From assembly GCA_044359815.1 (NCBI GenBank), contig JBIKLL010000059.1, positions 1 to 17,753 of the forward strand: a stretch of DNA of 17,753 bases, read 5' to 3'. This document shows, one piece after another, positions 1 to 7,446 of the stretch. Positions within the stretch are counted from its first letter, which is position 1, and each line of letters starts with the position of its first letter. The DNA is from Pseudobdellovibrionaceae bacterium (GTDB lineage: Bacteria; Bdellovibrionota; Bdellovibrionia; Bdellovibrionales; Bdellovibrionaceae). Position numbers and translations under genes: made by a program. A model generated the notes under the pieces. The model saw only the letters and a list, made by a program, of their open reading frames with translations, was not told where the DNA came from and made no database searches.

Positions 1-1184
1 GAACACAAATCACCCACCAACATCGAATCACACTGTGAATAATTTCTGGCATTTTCTGCTTGAGGCATTACTTTAACCAATCCCCTGTAAGCATTTACAG
101 AATGGCCGGTCGAAATGCCTTTAGAAATTATTGTGCTCTTGGTGTCCTTACCTATGTGAATCATTTTTGTGCCCGTATCAGCCTGCATGTAATCATGAGT
201 CAGAGCTACCGAATAAAAAGCTCCCTCTGATTGATCACCCTGCAAAATCACACTGGGGTATTTCCAGGTAATGGCCGAACCGCTTTCAACCTGTGTCCAA
301 GAAATTTTGGATTTTTTGCCAACGCACTTACCACGCTTGGTAACAAAATTATAAATCCCACCACGGCCTTCTTTATCGCCCGTGTACCAGTTTTGCACTG
401 TTGAATACCTGATTTCAGCATTGTCTTTTGCAATCAGCTCAACAACTGCCGCATGCAATTGATTTTCGTCCCTTTGCGGGGCCGTACAGCCTTCCAAGTA
501 ATTTACAAAACTGCTGGGTTCGGCAACAATCAAGGTTCGTTCAAATTGACCTGTGTCTTTGGCGTTAATTCTGAAATAGGTCGACAAATCTATGGGGCAT
601 CTGACGCCTTCTGGGATATAGCAAAAAGATCCATCTGAAAACACGGCAGCATTCAAGGCCGCATAATAATTGTCCTGATACGGAACCACAGAACCTAAAT
701 ATTTTTTAACCAAATCTTCATGGGTTTTTATCGCTTCAGATATGGAACAAAAAATAACCCCGACCTTTTCCAGATCAGCTTGATGAGTGGTTCCCAATGA
801 TACGCTATCAAAAACCACATCGACCGCTACTCCAGAAATTCGCTTTTGTTCTGAAAGCGGAATCCCCAAACGTTCAAAAGTTTTGATCAACTCTGGATCC
901 AGATCATCCAAAGATTTTGGGTTTTCGATTTTTTGCTTGGGTGCCGAATAATAAACAATGTCGTTAAAATCTATTTTGGGGTATTTCAGCCCTGCCCATT
1001 TTGGCTCTTTCAGGGTTTTCCAGTGCCTGTAGGCCTTCAAGCGACTTTCTAATAACCAAACTGGTTCTTTTTTAATTTCAGAAATTTTTCTGATCACGTC
1101 TTCGCTCAGACCCTTAGGAAAGTTTTCAGCTTCAATGTCTGTTGAAAAACCATATTTATATTCGTTTTGTCCAATCACCGACAT
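1..1184 (-). CDS. sufB: Fe-S cluster assembly scaffold SufB (3' end outside window)
   Basis: Not in the ORF track because it has no stop in the window. Manual translation from ATG at 1184 is open to the window edge: [18 protein letters not shown]...[10 protein letters not shown]...[10 protein letters not shown]...[22 protein letters not shown]...YSTVQNWY...[11 protein letters not shown]...[19 protein letters not shown]...[12 protein letters not shown]...[13 protein letters not shown], all SufB hallmark motifs. Confidence 0.97.
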   Translation of the reverse strand, partial: MSVIGQNEYKYGFSTDIEAENFPKGLSEDVIRKISEIKKEPVWLLESRLKAYRHWKTLKEPKWAGLKYPKIDFNDIVYYSAPKQKIENPKSLDDLDPELIKTFERLGIPLSEQKRISGVAVDVVFDSVSLGTTHQADLEKVGVIFCSISEAIKTHEDLVKKYLGSVVPYQDNYYAALNAAVFSDGSFCYIPEGVRCPIDLSTYFRINAKDTGQFERTLIVAEPSSFVNYLEGCTAPQRDENQLHAAVVELIAKDNAEIRYSTVQNWYTGDKEGRGGIYNFVTKRGKCVGKKSKISWTQVESGSAITWKYPSVILQGDQSEGAFYSVALTHDYMQADTGTKMIHIGKDTKSTIISKGISTGHSVNAYRGLVKVMPQAENARNYSQCDSMLVGDLC

Positions 1185-1598
1185 CTAGGAAGCCCCTTTA
1201 AATAATAAATCTTTAACATTCATACTTTGGTAAAAATGATTTAATTTTGTATTCAGTGTATTGATCGGCGAAATAATATTGCAGTGATCAACCATTTCGC
1301 AGCTTTCATGAACATTTTGGCATTTTGCTATTTTGTTAGGGCCGTTAAAAATTTCGATCAGATCTAAAACAGAAATTTTAGACAGGTCTCTCTGAATCTG
1401 ATAACCTCCGTGAGCCCCCTGTTCTGATTTCAAAATTCCACTTTGAGCCAACACCTGCATGACCCGGGCAGTGACATCAAATGGACTTTTATAAGTCTCG
1501 GCAATTTCCTTAGCCGTAGTTAGCTCGCCTGGTGTCTTTTGAACCATGTGCTTTAGAGCTATCAATGAGTATTCGATCTTTCTGTGAACCTTAACCAT
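1185..1598 (-). CDS. Rrf2-family transcriptional regulator of the suf operon (IscR/SufR-like)
   Basis: Winged-HTH with 'ILKSEQGAHGGYQI' (Rrf2 signature SxxGxxGGY) and a C-terminal Cys triad C-x6-C-x5-C. Its stop (1185-1187) abuts the sufB ATG (1184). Confidence 0.92.
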   Translation of the reverse strand: MVKVHRKIEYSLIALKHMVQKTPGELTTAKEIAETYKSPFDVTARVMQVLAQSGILKSEQGAHGGYQIQRDLSKISVLDLIEIFNGPNKIAKCQNVHESCEMVDHCNIISPINTLNTKLNHFYQSMNVKDLLFKGAS

Positions 1599-1640
1599 AG
1601 ATGCCCATCCTTCTAAATGAGAACTTACTGAAAGTCTAAC

Positions 1641-1665
1641 ATATACGCATAAAAAAGTCGTATAT
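1641..1665 (-). promoter_or_regulatory. Putative Rrf2 (IscR type-1-like) operator
   Basis: 25-bp imperfect palindrome ATATACGACTTTTTTATGCGTATAT on the minus strand (ATATACG-N11-CGTATAT), 42 bp upstream of the rrf2 start. By eye it matches 18 of 25 positions of the E. coli IscR type-1 consensus ATASYYGACTRWWWYAGTCRRSTAT. Confidence 0.6.
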
Positions 1666-1782
1666 AAGGTCTAGGTGCCTGCCAATATTGTTTAAATGAT
1701 TAATATTATCATATACTTAAATATTATAATAACGCTTTTAAAAGGCTTTGTTTATTGGGATTTTTGGGTTTAAAACGAAACC

Positions 1783-2460
1783 ATGCGTTTTTTATTTTTG
1801 GTAGTCGGATCAGTCCTGGTTGTTTTTATGATTTTAATGACCTTTAGGTTTTGGGGGCTGGGCCAAACCTATGCAACCTATCCGGTAGGATTTTTTCAGC
1901 AGCAGGAGCCCCTGCAGATCAGTTATTATGGTTCCCCCGAAGCCAGTCGACGTGCAATCTGGTGGATTGATGTCAACTTCAAGGATGATCAGCTGTGGGC
2001 TGACACCCAAACTCCGCTCGAAGAAGTTTTTAAAAAGAATCCTGATAAATACTTTGTTTTGAATATTCTAAGTAATGTGCACAATATCCATATAAAGGTC
2101 GCAGACCTGGTGACTCATCACAAGCTGGCAAAAAAAATTTTAATCCAATCGGATTTTAAAAATATTTTGTCCAGCATCCGGGATTTATTACCAACAGCTG
2201 CCTTTGGCTCCAGCATTGCTGACCTGACTAAAATAAAAGTCTACCAATCTCTTTATATTCTGCCTGCGGTGACTTTTCTGGGCGATGCGCTGGTGATGCC
2301 ACTTAATCGCGAGCGCATTAAAATGTTAGATCAGGAAATCGTCGACGAATTCCATCGCCGGGGCAAAAAAATTATTGTTGCTCCAATCAATGACGCAGCG
2401 GAAATTAACGAAATAAAACAATTCGGTGTTGATGGTTGGATTGTTCCCACAATATTATAG
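1783..2460 (+). CDS. Membrane-anchored hypothetical protein with a degenerate glycerophosphodiester phosphodiesterase (GDPD)-like fold
   Basis: N-terminal hydrophobic anchor. The C-terminus 'IVDEFHRRGKKIIVAPINDAAEINEIKQFGVDGWI' resembles the GDPD C-terminal pattern (AH..G.KV.VWTVND...L...GVDGIITD). The catalytic HRG and E-x-D..H motifs are not evident. Confidence 0.6.
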   Translation: MRFLFLVVGSVLVVFMILMTFRFWGLGQTYATYPVGFFQQQEPLQISYYGSPEASRRAIWWIDVNFKDDQLWADTQTPLEEVFKKNPDKYFVLNILSNVHNIHIKVADLVTHHKLAKKILIQSDFKNILSSIRDLLPTAAFGSSIADLTKIKVYQSLYILPAVTFLGDALVMPLNRERIKMLDQEIVDEFHRRGKKIIVAPINDAAEINEIKQFGVDGWIVPTIL

Positions 2461-2480
2461 TTTATCTATTGGGGGGAAAA

Positions 2481-3218
2481 ATGAATTATGCCTTTGCCGC
2501 ACCGGCGGGTGCCAACGTTGCAGTCAACATGAGCGTGCTAGACGCCATCCTGGAAGCTTCACTGATAGTTCAATTAACCTTATTGCTTCTGGTGGGTTTG
2601 TCAGTGATTTGCTGGGCAGTGGGATTTTTTAAATATTTTCAGCTTAAAAGAATCCAATTGGCCAACGAGCCCTTTGTCGACAAATTCTGGAAGGCCACAT
2701 CCTTGGATGCCTTGTTTAAAGATTTAGATTCTTACCATGCCTCGAACGTCGCCAGAGTTTTTGAAGCCGGCTACAAAGAAATGCAAAAACTGGCTGAAAG
2801 CGCTGCCAAAAAAGGCAAAGCCAAAGGCGATGAACCAATTATGTTATCTGGCATAGACAACTTAGAACGCACGCTCAGAAAAGCAGTGGATTCTGAAATC
2901 AATTATCTGGAATCAAAACTGACTTGGCTGGCCACTACAGGCAGCACAGGTCCATTTATTGGATTGTTTGGAACCGTGTGGGGAATTATGAGTTCGTTTC
3001 ATAAAATTGGCGTAACGGGCTCTGCCAGCTTGGCAGTTGTTGCCCCTGGTATTTCAGAAGCTTTGTTCACTACTGCAATTGGATTGGTTGCCGCCATACC
3101 AGCTGTAGTGATGTTTAATAATTTTGCTTCTAAAATTCGAAAGCAAGAAGTCGAGCTCAATAATTTTTCGAATGATTTTCTAAACATTGTAAAAAGAAAT
3201 TTCTTTAAGGAATCATAG
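2481..3218 (+). CDS. tolQ: Tol-Pal inner-membrane motor subunit TolQ
   Basis: Motifs 'WLATTGSTGPFIGLFGTVWGIM' and 'VVAPGISEALFTTAIGLVAAIPA'. Start reassigned to ATG 2481, which follows a GGGGGG SD at 2471-2476. The track's 2436 start overlaps the upstream gene. Confidence 0.95.
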   Translation: MNYAFAAPAGANVAVNMSVLDAILEASLIVQLTLLLLVGLSVICWAVGFFKYFQLKRIQLANEPFVDKFWKATSLDALFKDLDSYHASNVARVFEAGYKEMQKLAESAAKKGKAKGDEPIMLSGIDNLERTLRKAVDSEINYLESKLTWLATTGSTGPFIGLFGTVWGIMSSFHKIGVTGSASLAVVAPGISEALFTTAIGLVAAIPAVVMFNNFASKIRKQEVELNNFSNDFLNIVKRNFFKES

Positions 3219-3220
3219 TC

Positions 3221-3637
3221 ATGGGAATGGGTGGGGGAACCAGAACTAACAGCCGAGTGGTCAGCGAAATCAACGTGACCCCTTTGGTGGACGTAATGTT
3301 GGTGCTGTTGATTATGTTTATGGTGACAGCACCGCTGATGCAACAAGGGATCGAGGTTGATTTACCCAAGACTTCGTCTTCGGGGGTGACTCCCTCCGAA
3401 GATCCGCTGACGTTGGTGATTCATCAGTCTCGTAAAATCACCATTTCAAATCAAGCTTTGCAGCTGGACGAGCTTAAAACTAAATTGACCAGTATTTTTG
3501 GTAGCAGAAAAAACAAACAAATTTATTTAAGGGCAGATAAGGATGTCGCCTATGGTTTTGTTGCTGAGGTGATGGCAGAAATCAGAGCAGCAGGAATAAC
3601 CAATATTGGGCTGATAACTTTACCAAAAGACCAGTGA
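3221..3637 (+). CDS. tolR: TolR (ExbD/TolR family)
   Basis: 'SEINVTPLVDVMLVLLIMFMVTAP' TM segment with the essential Asp, plus 'LRADKDVAYG'. Lies 2 bp after tolQ. Confidence 0.95.
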   Translation: MGMGGGTRTNSRVVSEINVTPLVDVMLVLLIMFMVTAPLMQQGIEVDLPKTSSSGVTPSEDPLTLVIHQSRKITISNQALQLDELKTKLTSIFGSRKNKQIYLRADKDVAYGFVAEVMAEIRAAGITNIGLITLPKDQ

Positions 3638-4353
3638 CAACAGCAGCGATTGAACAACCATTTAAAAAGTATTTAAAATATTCTGGCATATTTCATGTCG
3701 CCGTATTTTTATTTTTTATGGTGCAGTTTTATTTTGCCCCGGATACAGAAGACGACATTGTTGCGATGAAAGTCGACCTGGTCGCTTTGCCAGATAAAAT
3801 TGACGATAAGCCCTTGCCCCAAACAGCTAAGCCAGAAAAAAAACAAGAGGAAAAATCCGTCCCCGAGCCTGTAAAGCCAAAGGCAGCCCCTAAGGAAGAA
3901 GCCATCAATCTGGATAAGTCTAAAAGCAAACAAAAAGACGCCTTAGAAAAACTGAAGCAACTGGAAGCTCTGAACAAATTGGAAAAAGAGGCCAAGGAAG
4001 AATCAAAACCCAAGCCTCAGTTTAAAGGAAACGTGTTGAGTCCCGGTACCGAACTGACAGGTATTTCGAAAATTCAAGAGCAAACCTATCGGGGCAATCT
4101 GAAACGACACGTAAATAGTTTTTGGAGTTTACCGCAGTACCTGCGTGATCGCGGTTATCAGTCGTTGGTTAACATTAAGGTGGACGCTCAGGGAAATATA
4201 ATTAAAGCTGAACTGGTAAAATCCAGCGGATCGCAGGCTTATGATGAAATGGTGATGGCTGCAGTACATAAATCATCACCTGTACCTGCTCCGCCGGAAA
4301 AATTTGTGCGAATATCTGAAATAGATGGTTACTTGTTATCATTTGAACAGTGA
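3634..4353 (+). CDS. tolA: TolA (short; single TM, Lys/Glu/Pro-rich linker, TonB/TolA C-terminal domain)
   Basis: TM segment with S-x3-H motif (SGIFH), charged linker, and C-terminal 'VKSSGSQAYDEMVMAAVHKSSPVPAPP'. GTG start overlaps the tolR stop (GTGA). Sits between tolR and tolB. Confidence 0.85.
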   Translation: MTTAAIEQPFKKYLKYSGIFHVAVFLFFMVQFYFAPDTEDDIVAMKVDLVALPDKIDDKPLPQTAKPEKKQEEKSVPEPVKPKAAPKEEAINLDKSKSKQKDALEKLKQLEALNKLEKEAKEESKPKPQFKGNVLSPGTELTGISKIQEQTYRGNLKRHVNSFWSLPQYLRDRGYQSLVNIKVDAQGNIIKAELVKSSGSQAYDEMVMAAVHKSSPVPAPPEKFVRISEIDGYLLSFEQ

Positions 4354-4359
4354 GGGTGT

Positions 4360-5712
4360 ATGAAAACTTTTTTAATCCTTGGGTTGTTATTTTGCTTAAG
4401 TACCAACGCACAGATCATAAATATTGATCAGGCCAAAGCCAAAAAAACCGCATTGGCCCTTCCGCCACTGCAATTTGTTGGCAATCCCTCTTCAAATCCA
4501 AACCACAACTCTGTGGGCAGCGAATTGTTTCGCGTGATTCAAAATGATCTGACCTTTTCATCGTTTTTTAGTTTTATTCCTCAATCCTCTTTTTTGGAGG
4601 ACGTAAAAGCCGGTGTAAAACCATTCCCCGAAGCCGGTGGTTTCAAATTTGATAGCTGGAAACAAATCGGTGCAGAATTTTTGGTTAAAGGCCAATTTTC
4701 AATCGCTGGTCCTAATTTGAATATCGAAATGTTCACCTACAACGTGAATTCTCAGAAGCTGGTTTTTGGTAGAAAATATTCAGGGACTGTTAATCAAGCC
4801 CGCAGGGTCGCTCACACTTTTACAAATGATTTTTTAAAAGAACTCACTGGCAAAGAAGGCGTCTTTTTATCCCGAGTGGTGGTAGCCAGTAACCGTGGTG
4901 GCGGAAACTTTAAAGAGATTTATATTATGGATTGGGACGGCGCCAATGTAGAAAAAATCTCAAATCATAAATCCATTGCCCTGTCCCCGGCCTGGTCACC
5001 CGATGGGACCAAGGTTGCCTATACAGCCTTTGTTCAGCGAGCAAAAACCAAAACCAGAAACGCTGACTTGTTTGTTTACGAACTAAAAACCGGAGTTCGC
5101 TGGTTGGTCAGTTATAAACCCGGAATCAATTCTGGAGCGAATTTTGATCCATCAGGTAAATCAATTTATTTAACTGCATCCCAAGGTGGCAATCCGGATA
5201 TCTACAAAATTTCTACGGATGGAACCGAACAGGGCCGATTAACCAATGGTCCCAATGGAGCCATGAATGTTGAACCTGCGATCAGTCCCGACGGTAGCAA
5301 AATTGCGTTTTCATCTGATCGCCACGGTCAGCCCATGGTTTATGTAATGAACTTTGATGGCAGTGGTATCAAGCGACTGACCTTTGCTGGCAGATACAAT
5401 GCCACACCTAATTGGTCACCTGACGGAAAGCGATTGGCTTTTGCGGGATGGGAAAACGATCATTTTGATATCTTTACGGTTAATGCTGATGGCACTGATA
5501 TGGTCAGAATCACCAGTTCAAAAAAAGCTAACGGCAAATGGGCCAACAATGAAGATCCTAATTTTTCAGCAGATGGAAGGCTTTTGATGTACACCAGCAA
5601 TCGCACTGGATCATACCAAATTTACATCTCAAACCTTGATGGATCCGAGGAGCGTCGCGTAACGAGCGACAATCATGACTACTACAAGCCAAGATGGAGC
5701 GGCAATTTATAG
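4360..5712 (+). CDS. tolB: TolB periplasmic beta-propeller protein
   Basis: Signal peptide, TolB N-terminal domain (VIQNDLTFSSFF) and multiple PD40 repeats (SPAWSPDGTKVAY, PAISPDGSKIAF, PNWSPDGKRLAF, PNFSADGRLLMY). Confidence 0.96.
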   Translation: MKTFLILGLLFCLSTNAQIINIDQAKAKKTALALPPLQFVGNPSSNPNHNSVGSELFRVIQNDLTFSSFFSFIPQSSFLEDVKAGVKPFPEAGGFKFDSWKQIGAEFLVKGQFSIAGPNLNIEMFTYNVNSQKLVFGRKYSGTVNQARRVAHTFTNDFLKELTGKEGVFLSRVVVASNRGGGNFKEIYIMDWDGANVEKISNHKSIALSPAWSPDGTKVAYTAFVQRAKTKTRNADLFVYELKTGVRWLVSYKPGINSGANFDPSGKSIYLTASQGGNPDIYKISTDGTEQGRLTNGPNGAMNVEPAISPDGSKIAFSSDRHGQPMVYVMNFDGSGIKRLTFAGRYNATPNWSPDGKRLAFAGWENDHFDIFTVNADGTDMVRITSSKKANGKWANNEDPNFSADGRLLMYTSNRTGSYQIYISNLDGSEERRVTSDNHDYYKPRWSGNL

Positions 5713-5770
5713 TTTTGCTACCGACTGAACAAAGGTCCTGATAAATTGATACCAAAGATTAGGAGTACTT

Positions 5771-6436
5771 ATGCTTTCACATGTGAAACAACCGGCAGTC
5801 TTTCGCCATATCAAAATTCAAAAACAAAAAGACCTATTAAAAGCAGTATTTATTTACTTAGTGGGCTTGGTTTTAGTGTCTTTAACTTTTCATGCTCAGG
5901 CAGCTGACAATAAAAAATCAAAGGAGATCAAACAGATGAACGCTATTTTCGAAACTTCTGAAGGAACATTCAAAATCAAATTATTTCACGATAAAGCCCC
6001 TAAAACTGTGGCTAACTTTGTGGATTTGGCTGAAGGAAACAAAGTAAATGAAAAAACTAAAAAGAAAATCGACAAAAAATTCTACGACGGAATCATTTTT
6101 CACCGAGTGATCCCTGATTTTATGATTCAAGGTGGGGATCCAGATGGCAATGGTACTGGCGGACCTGGTTACAAGTTCGATGACGAAATTGCTTCAGGCT
6201 TGTCGCATAGTAAACCTGGGATTCTTTCGATGGCAAACAGTGGACCAAATACAAATGGTTCTCAGTTTTTCGTAACTGTAAAGCCCACACCTTGGCTGGA
6301 TGGTAAGCACGCAATTTTTGGTGAAGTTATCGAAGGCATGGATATCGTCACTAAGATTTCTACTGTAGCCCGAGACGGTTCTGACAAACCGAAAACTCCG
6401 GTTGTGATCAAGTCTCTCAAAATCGAAAGACTATAA
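5771..6436 (+). CDS. Cyclophilin-type peptidyl-prolyl cis-trans isomerase with N-terminal signal/anchor (alternative start at 5936)
   Basis: Motifs 'APKTVANF', 'FHRVIPDFMIQGGDP', 'GILSMANSGPNTNGSQFF' and 'WLDGKHAIFGEV'. SD AGGAG at 5761-5765 and a second SD AAGGAG at 5921-5926 before the in-frame ATG at 5936. Confidence 0.95.
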   Translation: MLSHVKQPAVFRHIKIQKQKDLLKAVFIYLVGLVLVSLTFHAQAADNKKSKEIKQMNAIFETSEGTFKIKLFHDKAPKTVANFVDLAEGNKVNEKTKKKIDKKFYDGIIFHRVIPDFMIQGGDPDGNGTGGPGYKFDDEIASGLSHSKPGILSMANSGPNTNGSQFFVTVKPTPWLDGKHAIFGEVIEGMDIVTKISTVARDGSDKPKTPVVIKSLKIERL

Positions 6437-6600
6437 AAACTAAAGCGCAAAAAAAGATCCAGAGTTTATATTATTACTTAAAACGGTTACAGCCTCATGC
6501 TTCATCCGCTCGGGCATAGCCCCCGCCATCCTGGCTCCGCGGAGAACCATTTTAAGTAATAATATAAACTCTGGATCTTTTTTTGTGCTTTGGTTTTTAT
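6433..6600. repeat. Long inverted repeat: 56-bp arms (6433-6488 and 6545-6600) around a 56-nt GC-rich core
   Basis: Arms match at 53 of 56 positions, including a perfect 36-bp stretch (6448-6483 with 6550-6585). Arm GC is 14/56 (left arm) versus 38/56 in the core. Pairing extends to AAAGACT (6426-6432) with AGTCTTT (6604-6610) across a 3-nt bulge. Confidence 0.95.
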
Positions 6601-6637
6601 TGAAGTCTTTTTTGGCGCTGGAGGAACAGGTCAAAAT

Positions 6638-6667
6638 AAAAAACCCGCTTTTTGAGCGGGTTTTTTT
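6638..6667. terminator. Bidirectional rho-independent terminator
   Basis: AAAAAA-CCCGCT-ttttg-AGCGGG-TTTTTTT, located between convergent genes (cyclophilin on +, 216-aa gene on -). Confidence 0.9.
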
Positions 6668-6695
6668 GAACATATCTTTTCTATTTACTGATTTC

Positions 6696-7346
6696 TTACT
6701 TCTTAGCGCAGTTCTGACGGATGTTTTCTAAAATCTTATCAGCTCTGTCACCGTACTCTTTTTTAACCCATACTTCGAAAGCCAGGTCTGCTTTACCGTT
6801 AACAATATAGTTTCCGCTAGCATCTTTAGCATCAGATTGAATTGTCTTAAGTGTACCATCTACAGCTTTTAACCACAAAGTTTTGTTGGAAGCGTTTTCC
6901 ATAACTGGAATATCAGGAAGGTTTCTTACAAACAGATCAAAAGTTTCGCTATTTTCTACTGAAGTTTCATTCATTCGAGACATCAAATCTACGATTGATT
7001 TCAGTTCAGCTTCTTTGATCAATGTGAAAGAAGGGTCTGTTTCCTTCAAGATTTGAAGAGTTGAAACTAGCTTTACAACTGCATCAACTTTGTTTTGACT
7101 TCCGCGATTTAAAATTGACGCTAACGCCTGAGCTTCAGTTGAACCAACAACAGTTGAAGAAGTCAGTTCTACAATTCGGGCACCATTACGTGCAGCCAAA
7201 TCAGCTTTTTTAGCTTTATTCTCAGCTTCAATTTTTGGAAGACGGTCTCTAGTTTTTATTCCTGGTCCGGCTTCTTTTGGTGAGGCCGCTATAGCTGCCA
7301 TCGGAAGAGCAATTAATAGCCCCGTTACAAATTTCATTACCTTCAT
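6696..7346 (-). CDS. Secreted hypothetical protein (216 aa, predicted alpha-helical)
   Basis: GGAGG SD at 7351-7355 and a Sec signal peptide MKVMKFVTGLLIALPMAAIA. No family recognised. An alternative ATG lies at 7337. Confidence 0.85.
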   Translation of the reverse strand: MKVMKFVTGLLIALPMAAIAASPKEAGPGIKTRDRLPKIEAENKAKKADLAARNGARIVELTSSTVVGSTEAQALASILNRGSQNKVDAVVKLVSTLQILKETDPSFTLIKEAELKSIVDLMSRMNETSVENSETFDLFVRNLPDIPVMENASNKTLWLKAVDGTLKTIQSDAKDASGNYIVNGKADLAFEVWVKKEYGDRADKILENIRQNCAKK

Positions 7347-7387
7347 AAATCCTCCAAATTATTATGGTTTCAATTACCTATTTCATA

Positions 7388-7435
7388 TTCACGTTTAATG
7401 CCAGGTTTTTACAGCATTTATGTATAAATTGCTGT
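7388..7435 (-). promoter_or_regulatory. Candidate sigma54-like -24/-12 element with adjacent inverted repeat
   Basis: Minus strand TGGCATTAAACGTGAA (7403-7388) is GG-N10-GA, one mismatch from GG-N10-GC. An inverted repeat ACAGCATTTAT..ATAAATTGCTGT lies at 7411-7435. Confidence 0.35.
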
Positions 7436-7446
7436 CTAAACTTTGG

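Noticed and set aside
1..1184. Intein or frameshift in sufB (suspected because it is missing from the ORF track)
   Set aside because: Manual translation is continuous, including EGCTAP and the A6 run near 312-317 (GKKSKISW). It is missing only because the stop lies outside the window.
2543..2553. 11-nt match CGCCATCCTGG between the tolQ 5' coding region and the palindrome core (6524-6534)
   Set aside because: An 11-nt match to a 56-nt query in a 17.7-kb window is within chance expectation, so it is not evidence of an sRNA target.
6433..6600. Retron msr-msd ncRNA, CRISPR array or tRNA interpretation of the palindrome
   Set aside because: No reverse transcriptase or cas gene in the window, no direct repeat-spacer periodicity, and no cloverleaf or T-loop motif.
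6440..6673. 77-aa minus-strand ORF spanning the palindrome
   Set aside because: It starts at the terminator, has no SD, and is a by-product of the inverted repeat with no protein-like features.
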